DNA of 64,000 nucleotides from Octopus sinensis (lineage: Eukaryota), in contig NC_042998.1 of the NCBI RefSeq assembly GCF_006345805.1, forward strand, positions 69,254,001 through 69,318,000. The letters are read 5' to 3'. The notes under the pieces are model-generated. The model was given only the letters and a program-made list of their open reading frames with translations, was not told where the DNA came from and made no database searches. The number at the start of each line of letters is the position of its first letter. Positions within the stretch are counted from its first letter, which is position 1. The position numbers were made by a program, and so were the translations under genes. Shown here one piece after another: positions 50,923-64,000 of the stretch.

Positions 50923-52061
50923 CACATCCATAATTGCCCTCCTGTGTGTGTGTATGTATATATGTGTATATATATATATATACATATATCCATCAATCCA
51001 TCCAATTTTACAGTTCAATCATAGCGGAGATCAATAAAAAATTTATTCCATCCAGTGAGAGATAAATATCATTTAATGTACACGAATATAAAATGGCTAA
51101 TAATAGATTCATGTTTTAGACACATTTTTTGCCATGCTTTCTCATGCGTCCTGTTTCTGTGTTTTTTTAACACATCTAACGCTATGATCAAAGCCTGAGA
51201 GATTGCTTGGAGATACATGGCATGTTCTATAAATCTGCCTCTTTAATGTGTCTTAAAGCATGAAACTATGAATAGTTCTTTTGTAATTTTGTATGTACGT
51301 CTGTATGTATGTTCTGCTCTTTCTCTAGAGTAAATTTTGAGCGGCCACCCGCTTGGTAGTGTAGCAAGTTATAAAAGGCGGCAATATGACGTAATTATCG
51401 TTTGCCCGAACAAGCATAATTGTTGGTATCCCATTGGTTAAAATTACTGCCCATATTTGAATTCTGAACTTTCGTCAAAGAGAATTTTTTCACGAAATAC
51501 GGTTCTTAGAATTCAGTTATGAGCAGTTATAAAAACTCTGATTTGGGGGAAATTAATCAGTGTTCGTAGGATTGTTTCTAAACTCCACGACACTCACTCA
51601 TTGAGCTATTGGCTATTTTTTATGCCATGTCTATGATAAAAATCCAACAAGCCTTATTTAAATTATGGTGAACTCTAGTAGTTCGTATGAAAGATTCCCT
51701 AGGACAAAATGACTACTTTCCAATTGGGATCTTTACCTTTTGACTGAGAGATTTAAAAAATAATTTTTTGTAACTAAACACTTTCAAACTTCGTATACTG
51801 GTAGAATGTGTCACATAAAACATCTTTTACTCTTAGCGTTGTTGAGAAAATTCTGCGTTTTGGAAGTTACTTTTTGTTAAAGTTGTCGTATTTCGGTAAT
51901 TTCAACCAATCAGTGACGTGTATTCAGCTGAATAAACTTACTGCCGTTGTTTGCCAACAACAACTATCGGCGGTGTATATTTCGTTTGTCACTGTTATTT
52001 ATGACATCGTTCGTGCGTTTGTACTGGTTTTGGCTTTAAGGTTTTAGGGTTAGGGTTTTAG

Positions 52062-52330
52062 ACACCAGGCTCAATCTGATCTGGCTAAGTTTCGACAACT
52101 GGATGCCCTTCCTAATGCCAACCACTCCTAGAGTGTAGTGGGTGCTTTTACGTGACACCGGCACGAGGGCCAGTCAGGCGGTTCTGGCAACAACCACGCT
52201 CAGAAGGTGTTTTTTACGTGCTATCTGCACGGGACCCAGGCCAGCAGACATTGGCAACGATCTCGCTCGAATGTTGTTTCTCATGTGCCAGTAGGGCGAC
52301 TCTGGCAACGATAACGCTCGAATCGTGTTT
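52062..52330. repeat. Dispersed repeat with ~60-bp internal modules (possibly RTE-associated UTR-derived)
   Basis: Three related CGAGCG..CGTTGCCA modules; the minus strand has TGGTTGGCATTAGGAAGGGCATCCAG. Family assignment from recollection only. Confidence 0.4.
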
Positions 52331-52334
52331 TTTC

Positions 52335-52796
52335 TCGTACTGGGAGCCGGTTTCCAACAAAGATACAAGGCTCCATCTTTGGGATGTAGTGAACACAGAC
52401 AAATTCACTTTTGGAACTTGAGAAAAGTCTTGCATATTTTTACTGTTCCACTCAAAGATTAGACTTGTAATGTACGAATCAGCCGGCCAGTTTCTCTTTC
52501 TGAAAATCCCGGTTTATCCAGATTCATTTTAAAGCATTTACTAACAAAACCTAGTGCTTCAATTATTATTGGTATGAATATGAATTCATAGTCAGGATAT
52601 AGAAGCTGGAGGTTTCAAAGCAGATGTCCATAAATATCCCCTTTTTCTTCGATTTTCAAAGAGATATTTATATCTGCAGGACAGCTAACCTCTATGATGG
52701 TACACACCTTTGCCTCTCTGTCCCAAACAACTATGTACGGCCTGTTATGCTTACATTTAACAGAAGTTTCGATGGGAATATTCCACCAGTATTCCT

Positions 52797-52797
<1 letters not shown>
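52335..52797 (-). mobile_element. 3' fragment of an R4/NeSL-type non-LTR retrotransposon (restriction-like endonuclease domain), starting at (TATG)n
   Basis: EYWWNIPIETSVKCKHNRPYIVVWDREAKVCTIIEVSCPADINISLKIEEKGDIYGHLL*NLQLLYPDYEFIFIPIIIEALG..SLSGTVKICKTFLKF matches the REL pattern HN+PD+V..I++.CP.D..K..EK..Y..PI++GALG. Confidence 0.8.
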
Positions 52798-52828
<31 letters not shown>

Positions 52829-53647
52829 TGTATGTATGTATGTATGTATGTATGTATGTATGCATGTGTGCAGATTTGTATGTTTTGTTTTATGTATATA
52901 TTCTCATGCATATAGTTGCATATCTAAACATGCTCATATATATGTAAATGATAGATTTCTGGAAAGTTTTACAGATTTTTACAGTCCCAGTGATGGCATG
53001 GATCTGTAGTCTTCCAATTAGTTTTCTCCTTGTATGTATGTATGTATGTATGTATGTATGTATGTATGTATGTATGAGCGGCGGGATGTAAAAATAGTCA
53101 GGTTGGTGTCAGAGGGCGCACATAGTAACCCCACTGAAAGTGAGGGACCCCTGGTCATTGTCAAGGCATCTCTACTGAGCTGGATATCTTGGACTTTCGC
53201 TTGTCTGTGCGCTTCTTTGTATTGCAAATGAGAGTCGTTGTATTGTTGTGCAAGCCGTACTCCACTTGAAATCCTCGCATGGACATCGCTGACACTCACT
53301 GGTCAGCGATGGTCAGACTCGCCTAACGAGTAGATGGCCACCATGTGTGTGTGTGACAAAATTTGCAGAGAGCAATTACTCACAGTGGCTGGTGGCATAA
53401 ACTTGAATTACATGGGCAAAGAAAGGTATATTAAATACCAGACAATATATCTTCTTAGTTTTTGAAATTATCTTCGCTTCGAGAGAAAGTAAAATAAAAC
53501 TTAGTGATGGTTCTAACCGGCTCCGAATTAGAAGGGAGGTGTGTGTGTGTGTGTGGTAATTTCAAGATATCAACAGCTTTCTAAGTTAACAAGCCATTGA
53601 AGAAAAGAAAGCCTTTTTTTTATGGGGGAGACAAAAGGACAGGTGTT

Positions 53648-53681
53648 TACATGTGTTTCTACCGCATTTGGGCATCATCAG
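53648..53681 (-). ncRNA. Minimal hammerhead-like motif with intact catalytic core
   Basis: CUGAUGA-UGCC(CAAAUGC)GGUA-GAAAC-ACAU-GUA: canonical core, 4-bp stem II, palindromic ACAUGU. Stem I pairing is poor in this copy. Confidence 0.5.
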
Positions 53682-53769
53682 GATAGCGAAACTTAGACAC
53701 ATGATCAGAAAGAGTAAAGTAGAAAATATTTATGGCCTCGGGTAATTCGTATAATTACTTGTATATAGC

Positions 53770-54186
<417 letters not shown>

Positions 54187-54477
54187 CTGTCTACTGTCTG
54201 TCCCTATGTCTGTTTTGTATTTATTAGTGCATTTGTGTGTGTGTGTGTGTGTGTGTGCGTGCGCGAGCGCATGTGTTTGTGTATGTATCCATAAATATAC
54301 AATCATACAGACTTGTGTATCTCTGTGTGTTTGTGTGAAATACAGTATGTATACTTCACAGACACCCACATACACATACGTACACACACACACACACTCA
54401 CACAAGTTGCTACGTGCAAATGTTTTTCCTGCATAGAGACGTGGAAACGTGCAATGAAGTGTGTGAGTGCGCGTGAC

Positions 54478-54521
<44 letters not shown>

Positions 54522-54637
54522 ATAGCTCGTGCAGAAACTGCATCTATGAAATAATAAATCCACCTTATATGGTAAAGCTGACGTCAGATAATACTTAGTG
54601 ACTGATATTTAATATTTAACTAAAACAGCCACACACA

Positions 54638-54707
<70 letters not shown>

Positions 54708-54982
54708 TTCTATTTACTTTATGTCTATTAATACCATCGGTGCCACTTTGGTAATTGGTTAGATGCAACCACCGTAAACTCGTGAACAAACTCTACCACA
54801 TCCCCACAACCACCGTCACCACCACCACCACCACCACCACACCACCACCGCCACCGTTGTTGGAGCCACCCCTTTTTACAAACGCACCGTTCGTATTCTC
54901 TTGTCCCTGGTTGATGTCTACAACTCGTCGATGCTCACCCCTTCACCCCTCATCATTTATTATTATTTTTGAGAGAGCAGTG

Positions 54983-55022
<40 letters not shown>

Positions 55023-55059
55023 GTTGTTGTTGTTGTTGTTGTTCTTGTTGTTATTCTGC

Positions 55060-55185
55060 CGGGGTCGATTTTGCTTTTCATCCTTTCGGGGTCGGTAAAT
55101 TAAGTACCAGTTGCGTACTGGGATCGATGTGATCGACTTACACCCTCCTCCGAAATTTCAGACCTTGTGCCTTAATGTAGAAAGG

Positions 55186-55226
<41 letters not shown>

Positions 55227-55370
55227 GATCATTATTATTAAGGCGACGAGCTGGTAGAATCGTTAGCACGCCCCGGACGAAGTGCTTAGTGGCATTTCGT
55301 CCGTCGCTACGTTCTGCGTTCAAACTCAGTCGAGGAACGACTTTGCCGTTCATCCCTTTCGGGGTCGTTG
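55060..55370 (+). mobile_element. Two SINE B pieces (3' half with tail 2, then a 5' half) separated by (ATT)n
   Basis: Tail 2 ends at ~55185; new head AAGGCGACGAGCTGG at ~55240. Confidence 0.8.
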
Positions 55371-55437
55371 AAAGAAGCACCTGTTAAAGCACAGGGCTCG
55401 AAAGCAATCAACTCGCACGTACACACACACGCACACA

Positions 55438-55468
<31 letters not shown>

Positions 55469-55555
55469 GCACAATTGCTGGCTTTGTGTCAAAATTCGAC
55501 ACTCATTATTATTGTTATTCATTATTTGATATCATTTTCGTCCTCACCACCACCG

Positions 55556-55596
<41 letters not shown>

Positions 55597-56479
55597 GTCG
55601 TCGTCGTTGCTTTTGTTGTTGTTGTTGCTGCTGCTGCTGTTTTGCTCTTGTTATTAATATTAATGTATTTTTTACTTGAAGAACCGGAAGAAATACCTAT
55701 CCGGCTCTTTATGTTTCTAAGTTCCAATCCCACCGAGATAAAAACTTTGCCTTTCATCTCTCCAGGGGTTCGATGAAATAAATTAACAGCGAAATACTTG
55801 GGTTGATGCACTCGACTAACCCCCCTCCACTCAAAATTGCTGGCCCTGAGCTTCAAATCAGAAAGTGTTGTTGTTGCTTTAACAGCGAGATGTTTTTTTT
55901 TTACTTCCGTGTATCATCACTATGATGATGATGATGCTGATGATAGTTATGGTGGTAACGGTGGTGGTAGTGGTGATGAGGATGATGATGATGGTGGTGA
56001 TGGTGGTGGTGATCATGATGTGGCGATAATGAGCCCTATATGACCCAAGTTAGCCCAATGTGACCCAGCTCAAAGACATTCTGTACATGCCCATATCGTC
56101 GATTCAGCCATGGAACACATTTTCTAATGCAACAACTTCGTTTATGTCAAAGACTACACGTCGTGATTTGAGAGAGGTTTGGCTGCTATTTCTAGCTATT
56201 TCAGTGATTTTGTAGAGGCTCTGCTTCATTACTGGAGGTGATGGCGGCGTCGATGGGTGTTTAAGATAGTAAAGTTCGTTTAAAATGTCTATGAGATGCC
56301 GTCTTTTAATCTGTTTACATATAATAGTGATTTCTTTCGAGTTTTTGTTGTTCAACCAGGAGTAGATTCTGATCCACCAGACACAATGATCAAAAAAATT
56401 CTAACCGTGACAAACCCGTCACCTATTCAAGATATATTTTTTAAATCACACACACACACGCACATTATTCTTAAACCAG

Positions 56480-56575
56480 AATATTATTGACTGTGATTTC
56501 GAAGTTTCGGTCAGTTCAGCCATCATCGGTCTGTATGAAGCTGACCAAAAACTTCGAGGTTACTGTCAATGCTAT
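56480..56575. repeat. Diverged fold-back containing a hammerhead-like core (minus strand 56495-56529)
   Basis: Arms 56480-56514 / 56541-56575. The minus strand reads CCGAUGA-U-GG(CUGAACUGA)CC-GAAAC-UUCGAA-AUC. Confidence 0.45.
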
Positions 56576-56611
56576 TTTTGTACTCTACAACAGTATAGAG
56601 TAACCCGTCAG

Positions 56612-56995
56612 TAGAGACGCAATGGCCCAGTGGTTAGGGCAGCGGATTCGCGGTCATAGGATCGCAGTTTCGATTCCCAGACCGGGCGTTGTGAGTGTTT
56701 ATTGAGCGAAAACACCTAAAAAAGCTCCACGAGGCTCCGGCAGGGGATGGTGGTGATCCCTGCTGTACTCTTTCACCACAACTTTCTCTTACTTCCTGTT
56801 TCTGTTGTACCTGTATTTCAATGGGCCGGCCTTGTCACTCTCTGTGTCACGCTGAATATCCCCGAGAACTACGTTATGGGTGCACGTGTCTGTGGAGTGC
56901 TCAGCCACTTACACGTTAATTTCACGAGCAGGCTGTTCCGTTGATTCGGATCAACTGGAACCCTCATCGTCGTAACCGACGGAGTGCTTCCAAAA
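56612..56995 (+). mobile_element. Full-length SINE C with 15-bp TSD
   Basis: TSD AGAGTAACCCGTCAG at 56597-56611 and 56996-57010; intact A/B boxes. Confidence 0.92.
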
Positions 56996-57265
56996 AGAGT
57001 AACCCGTCAGGTTAAAGCAAAATTCTTTTTACTATAGCTGAACATAAAACTAACACACACACACACGCACACACAAATGATAGGTTATGATCTGAGAGAG
57101 ATTGTCTGCTATTTCTAGCATTACATGAACCGTGTACAGAGAGGCTCTCGTTAATCTGCTCTCTGTTATATAATAAAAATAACCTGTTGCTATGTTGTTT
57201 TATTTTAACATAACGTTAAACACGGAGTACTTTTGACAGGTGTGAGTGTGTGTGAATGTATGTTA

Positions 57266-57326
<61 letters not shown>

Positions 57327-57427
57327 TATATATTATATTATATATATATATATATATATATGTATATTTAGCTATCTCTGTCTACATAAACATTTATACA
57401 CACACGCGTATATGTCTGTGTTCTTTC

Positions 57428-58018
<591 letters not shown>

Positions 58019-58104
58019 CAAGTATGTGATGTAATCTGAATAATACACGTCTATACATACACACACATACATACATTATATGTCAGTCAGTCTGTCTGTC
58101 TTTA

Positions 58105-58135
<31 letters not shown>

Positions 58136-58780
58136 ATGTATATATGAACTCAAAGTTGGGATCCGAACGAGTGCTATTATTCTGGGTTAGTGTAGACTAG
58201 GAAATAGTAGTGGTTAAGAGATGGTTTCACACTCCCAAACTCTGGAACTCCCGTAGCAAGGTCCCACTACCTGATGCAGTTACACACACACACACACACA
58301 CGTGTCAAAAGTACTCCGTGCATAACGTTACGTTAAAGCAAAACAACATAGCAACAGGTTATTTTTATTATCTAAGAGTGCAGATTAAACACATTGTCTC
58401 TTGGGAGAGTCATTGCGCCAATTATAATAACACACGCTCTGGTTCAATTCCACTTCTTTATCATTAGTTAATTGGTTTGATATCTAATCAACCAACTAAA
58501 AGGTCGTTCACCTTGTTGGTTAATCAATCGGTTGTTTATCCGTCGAAGTTCGTTCGTTGCTGTTGCTTTTCAGTGACCCGTGACTTTCAACTCGCTGCAA
58601 GGTCTGCTTTCGACAGATTACTTAATTGACTCGATATCTCACCAGTTGACTAATTATACAGAAGCGGGATTGAACCAGTGCATGTGTTCTTATTATTGGC
58701 GTAATGACTCTCCCAAGACACAACAAAATTTGCTTCAATATACGTATTCACATCAAGAATCTTTCAAACCAAATATAAAA

Positions 58781-58811
<31 letters not shown>

Positions 58812-59204
58812 TGTATGTATGTATGTATGTATGCATGTATATCACAGGCCTTTTTTCAACGTTTTATAAAATTTTAATCTCAACTATGGGAAAATATAAA
58901 AAATTAATTAAATCTTGACATTTCTAAATCAATGCTGAATCTTTAAAAGGTCAATCTAGGTCTGCGTAATAGTGCTAATTAATTTAATTGACTGGTTAAT
59001 TAATTAACCAGCAACAACGGTGGTGACAGCTCATTGTTATTAAGCTGATCAGTGAGATGGGACTTGCTGTCCTCGTTTAGCCGCCAGTCACGGGGAGGGG
59101 GAGGAGACGGAGAAGAAGAGCTGCAGAAGGGGTTAGGGAGAGGAGAGGGAGTTAAACGATAGAGAGAAGGGAAGTGAGAGTGGGAGTTAGAGAAAGTTAT
59201 GGCG

Positions 59205-59512
59205 CGTGGTTTAATGGTTAAAGTATTTGGCTCAAGATCATAAAGTCGTGAGTTCAATTTCAGGTGACGCGTTCTGTCCTTGAGCAAGACACTTTATTTC
59301 ACGTTGCTCCAGTGTACTTAGATGGCAAAAAATGAGTTATACCTGTAATTGAAAGGACCAGTCTTGTGTCACGCCGAATCTCCCTGACCTCTACATTAAG
59401 GGCACGTGTGTCTGTGGAGTGCTCAGCCACTCGCACGTTAATTTCCCGAGTAGGCTGTTCTGTTGATCGGATCGACTGGAACCCTTGTCGTTGTATAACC
59501 GACAGAATGCCG
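59205..59512 (+). mobile_element. SINE D (GTCCTTGAGCAAGACAC body) with the C/D tail
   Basis: TGGTTTAATGG / GAGTTCAATT boxes; tail as in 56612-56995. Confidence 0.8.
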
Positions 59513-59859
59513 GGCAAGAGAAAGGTTGAGATAGAGAGGAAGTGAGTGAGGAGAGAGGCGTGTGAGAGGGAGGAAAATGATGGAGCGATAGGGAAAGAAA
59601 GGGAGAAGTGTACAAGGGCAGAGGAACGAAGAAAAAGAGATGGGGAGAAAACTTGGGGCGAAGTGAAAGAGAGAGAGAGAGAGAGATAAGGAGGCGGAGG
59701 AGGAGGAGGAAAGTTACACAATGCCACTCTCTACAAATTCATTGAATAAATATCCATTTATTCCAGTGAAGTCCACAGCGAGTAAAAGTAGTAGGCCCTG
59801 GGCGAGTTGATTACGATCCGGTATCGATCCTCAGTTTGTTACGGGTTTAGGACTTTGTT

Positions 59860-60230
59860 GAGCTTGAGAGGCGGTTGGATGGAACCTACACTCGCCTCCT
59901 TATGAGAGCTCAAAATCTCTCGTGGAAGCGCCATCCAACCAAAATGCAAATATATGGGAAATTACCACCTGTGTCATCTCTTGTGAAAGGTAGGAGAGTC
60001 CAGTTTGCTGGACATTGTTGTAGAGCTGAAAAAGAAGTAATTTCTACTCTTCTCCTCTGGAAGCCATCTACTCGCAATACCAGAGGGCGCACACTCTCCT
60101 ACCCTGATGTAATCTCCAGGGATACAGGCATCCAGCAACAGGACCTCCGTAATGCTATGATGGACCGTGAAGTCTGGTGTAACATAGTAAATTCCATTGT
60201 CTCGACCACGGTCGAACAATGATGATGATG
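59860..60230 (+). mobile_element. 5'-truncated RTE-type LINE 3' end with (GAT)n tail
   Basis: LDGTYTRLLMRAQNLSWK..RRVQFAGHCCR..RGRTLSYPDVISRDTG..AMMDREVW.. is the RTE RT C-terminal pattern; stop at 60220-60222 runs into TGATGATGATG; terminal hairpin TCGACC-AC-GGTCGA. Confidence 0.85.
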
Positions 60231-61378
60231 TGCTGTGGTTGAGTTAATGAATGAATTGTTGGTTGTGTGAAGAAATAACTGAGCAACACTTGCGAACGTT
60301 TAACAGAAATATTTCTTGTCGCTCTTAAAGACAATCTGTGTTGGCCATTTACACTTAATAACAGCAATATTTACAGAGCAGGTGAGAGAGACTGCTGAAA
60401 TCAACTACCCTATCTTCATGGCGACTGAGGGTCTTGGCCATGTTGTTCTTGGCTGTTTGCGATGGCCGCCAGCTGCCTCAACATTCTGCAATAGTGGTCT
60501 TTTATAGGATACAAGAAGACTAAATCACGCGACGGCTTCACACTGATTTGTTGCTTATTAGACCAATCACGTGAAACTTTGTGGTTCGGTCGTGGTGTCT
60601 GACCGGTTACCTAGCGGGTCGGTTTCGAATCACCGCTACAAGTTCACCAGTAACATACTATGTGTTTGGTCACCCTGTAGGGTAACCAAATTAACCCACC
60701 CCTTTTCTTTTAACTCAACATACCCCCGGTTAGAGTAAGCATACTGCACACTTTTATATATAAAATATTCTCCCGGCGCGGTTCACACACTCCAAGCGAC
60801 GCCATTGCAATTAACGTGTGTTCATTACACTTAGGCCACGATTACCCTGCAGAAAAGTACAAACGTTAGATTATATATATATTTTTTTTTTGCTGTCTCC
60901 TGAAAAACAAAGGCTTTTGTACCCCATAAAAGAGAACTCACTCATTCTGTCTCTTACTATTGCTTTGTAATGAATGTAGTTCATTTTTGGATCTTTCGTA
61001 ACCAGGTGGTCTTATTGACTGAGAAGAGAAGTTGTGATCTGCATGCCTTTCTTATAATTATTAACAAAAGAAGTGAATACATATCTATAAGCCTATAAAG
61101 GATCCTCTTTACGGCGACAGCCAAATCTTCAACTCTTACACCACTACAACAGCAACAAAAATGGAAGGCTTGATTGCATAACGTATGCTCGTATATTGTA
61201 TGTCTGAGGAAAAGATATGTTTTGAACTGTAGTATTTTTGATCATATATCTATTAGAACAGGACTGATCCAGGGTTACAAAACAACAACGACTGCATCAT
61301 CATGTCTACAGGTACTAGATTAGTTTGTTTTGTTTTGTTTTCTTCACATCTTTACTGTGTAGTAAACCTAACAATACC

Positions 61379-61611
61379 TATTTCTTTACTGCCCACAAGG
61401 GGCTACACACAGAGGGGACAAACAAGGACAGACAAACGGATTAAGTCGATTACATCGATCCCAGTGCGTAACTGGTACTTAATTTATCGACCCCGAAAGG
61501 ATGAAAGGCAAAGTCGAACTCGGCGGAATTTGAACCCAGAACGTAATGGCAGACGAAATACGGCTACGCATTTCGCCCTGCGTGCTAACGTTTCTGCCAG
61601 CTCGCCGCCTT
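61379..61611 (-). mobile_element. Full-length SINE B monomer (tail 1) with 17-bp TSD
   Basis: TSD GTAAACCTAACAATACC at 61362-61378 and 61612-61628. Confidence 0.92.
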
Positions 61612-62698
61612 GTAAACCTAACAATACCATTGAAAAGAAGCCACAGGACGCGTTTGATATCCTATGTCAGTTTAGGCCGCATATGTAGTTGTGAAGTTCT
61701 GAACCATACTTTAAATTTTGTTGATCCAACATCGAGAGAATTGAATGGCGATGGATGCCAGCCAAGAAGCGCAGATGACAATGTTGAGCGAGAGTTATTT
61801 GATTTTACATACTATCTCAATGAACATATGTTGTGAAATAGGTTCAGAGACAGTAGAAAGCCTATAAGCACCTTCTATGCATCGTTTTCATACTATAGAA
61901 ATAATAATGAAATTATGGGATTTCACTACTCACTTCGTAATTTACTATATAATGATATCAAACTGCAAGTTGACCCTATGTCCAACCTATTGCTAGCTAC
62001 TACGAGGGTTTAAATAGCTTAAAAGTTTAGTTTAAATAGCTTAAAAGTTCTTAGGATAAATAACTTTTACTGGTTTTCGCTCGTTAACTCAACATTATCC
62101 AACTGCTTAGATTAAACAAAACAATGACAACAAGCATTTAATCCTTATATCGTTTAAATATAATTCCTAAACATTAAAAAAAAATATCTTAAGCTATCTC
62201 TGTCGACAAATTCTACCCTTAAGTAATTATGATAGTCACACTGCTGTTGACATGATATTGTATTTAATACATTCGGTTCTTGTTTAAATTACTTTCTTAA
62301 TTCACTTTAATTAGATGTTTTCAATATTTTATTAAGTCCGTTTTTTTGACCTGGAAGTTATTTACCGAGGGAACTTTTTACTAGCGCTCTTCAGCGCCAT
62401 TGTAGTTCTCCATTTTCTCTATAATTCCACTGCGGACATATATATATATTTTCACATCGAGGTATTTGAAACTTTTTTATTATATAATAGTATTTAACGA
62501 ATTTTTATTTCGTATGCCTTATACATTCTTCATACATACCATAAACTATTAAACTATTTTATTACTTTCAAAAAATATTGTTCCTCCTAATACTTTTTTG
62601 GTTTTCCATCGTGATTTTGTCTTAGAATATTTACAGAATTTATTTCTCCACTTTTTTTTAGTGCACTGTCACGAATCATATTGACGTTGTACAATATT

Positions 62699-63127
62699 CT
62701 CTTCTACTCTAGGCACAAGGCCCGGAATTTAGGGGGAGCGGGTGAGTCGCTTAGATCAATCCCAGTACGCAACTGGTACTTAATTTATCGACCCCGAAAG
62801 TATGAAAGGCAAAGTCGACCTCGGCGGAATTTGTACTGAGAACGTAAAGACAGACGAAATACCGCTAAGCATTTTGTTCGGCGTGCTAACGTTTCTTATT
62901 TCTTTATTGCCCACAAGGGGCTAAACATAGAGGGGACAAACAAGGACAGACAAAGGGATTAAGTCGATTAGATCAACCCCAGTGCGTAACTGGTACTTAT
63001 TTAATTGACTTCGAAAGGATGAAAGGCTAAGTCGACCTCGGCGGAATTTGAACTCAGAACGTAGCGACAGACGAAACACCGCTAAGCATTTCGCCCAGCG
63101 TGCTAACGTTTCTGCCAACTCGCCGCC
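62699..63127 (-). mobile_element. SINE B dimer (tail 1 + tail 2) with 18-bp TSD
   Basis: TSD TTGACGTTGTACAATATT at 62681-62698 and 63128-63145; internal junction AAAGAAATAA|GAAACGTTAGC (minus strand). Confidence 0.9.
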
Positions 63128-64000
63128 TTGACGTTGTACAATATTAATATTCTGTCGGACACGCTTCAGCAAATTTGACAACTTAAATCTCAACATATTT
63201 AACAACTCGACTTAGCCATTACTTTTGGATTTGCTTATTGCCCATCCTCAGGGAAATATCGATTTCTTACAGCTATATATTTTCTATGCACACACACACA
63301 CATATATTGATATATTGATTTCTGCTCACGATTTTATCACAATCTTCTTTCATGTTTTAAGGTCATTAGCATAAAACCTTTATATATTTGAAGTAACTAA
63401 TATTCTATCGTTTCAAATTTAGTCCAAATGTTTGCCTCTACTTTATTAATAAAAGGTATTGAAATATCGTCAACAGCTAGATTTCAAGATATCTTCTCAG
63501 GTTCTGTCACAATATATTAAACTTTATATCTATGTATAATTCTAACACCAAAGTTTATTATTTATTTATTTATTTATTTATTATCATTTTGTTTTCGTCA
63601 GTATTTAGAAATTACATAAAATTGTAATACCCAAAATTTCGCTCTGAATGAGCTGACGATCTAGTTTGATTTTAAATCGAAGTCAATTGATTTCCCATAA
63701 ACCACCGATGCCCTTGAGAAAACGCATAAAATATCACACGCTCTCAATTTCCTCTATTCGAATTTGTAGGAAAATGTCTGAAAAAAATCAATATTTATAT
63801 GAAAAACTAACAGAGAGGACTGCAGAGTAGAAACAATTTCACGTTGTATGTGGCACAGCATATTTGTGTGTTAACAATATTTCAATGTCAAGGATGATAG
63901 AAATGGTGGAACGTGGAATTAAATGGAGTGTAATTACGACTATGAGGTTAACTTGTTCGCTTTGTAACCACGTAGTTTCGGGTTCAACCCCACTGTGTGG

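Noticed and set aside
51330-51450. Cluster of TATA-, CRE- and CCAAT-like motifs
   Set aside because: Short motifs expected by chance in AT-rich DNA, with no associated gene or LTR pair.
53018-53340. Coding-looking minus-strand segment (HARISSGVRLAQQYNDSH..)
   Set aside because: Faint resemblance to a non-LTR zinc-knuckle region but no intact motif; left unassigned.
56612-56690. tRNA-like sequences with A and B boxes (also 5836, 59205)
   Set aside because: They are SINE heads continuing into SINE bodies, lack a proper acceptor stem, and one has a TSD; not called tRNA genes.

Overview
AT-rich, repeat-saturated eukaryotic DNA, most likely a coleoid cephalopod (Octopus-like). The assignment is inferred from recognising the tRNA-derived SINE families and the very high microsatellite load. 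Only one host coding exon is supportable: 11140-11311 (+), encoding an RVxF motif plus the start of an ankyrin repeat (PPP1R27/MYPT-type PP1 regulatory subunit). It ends at a canonical GT donor and I found no second exon, so the remaining ~52 kb is probably intron 1. The rest is nested mobile DNA: a decayed Penelope RT/GIY-YIG ORF, 3' fragments of Tx1/L1-, RTE- and R4/Dong-type LINEs, an internally deleted mariner, many MITEs, dozens of modular SINEs and microsatellites. Two patterns stand out. (1) At least five unrelated short remnants carry minimal hammerhead-ribozyme-like cores of the Penelope type, four of them in fold-back structures. One fold-back arm appears to start at the predicted cleavage site. 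(2) One SINE family uses two interchangeable 3' tails. One tail matches the 3' end of the Tx1-type LINE in this window, and its copies repeatedly abut GGTATT, a motif the SINE itself contains, which could explain its head-to-tail multimers. All protein and family calls are by motif recognition; no database search was run.
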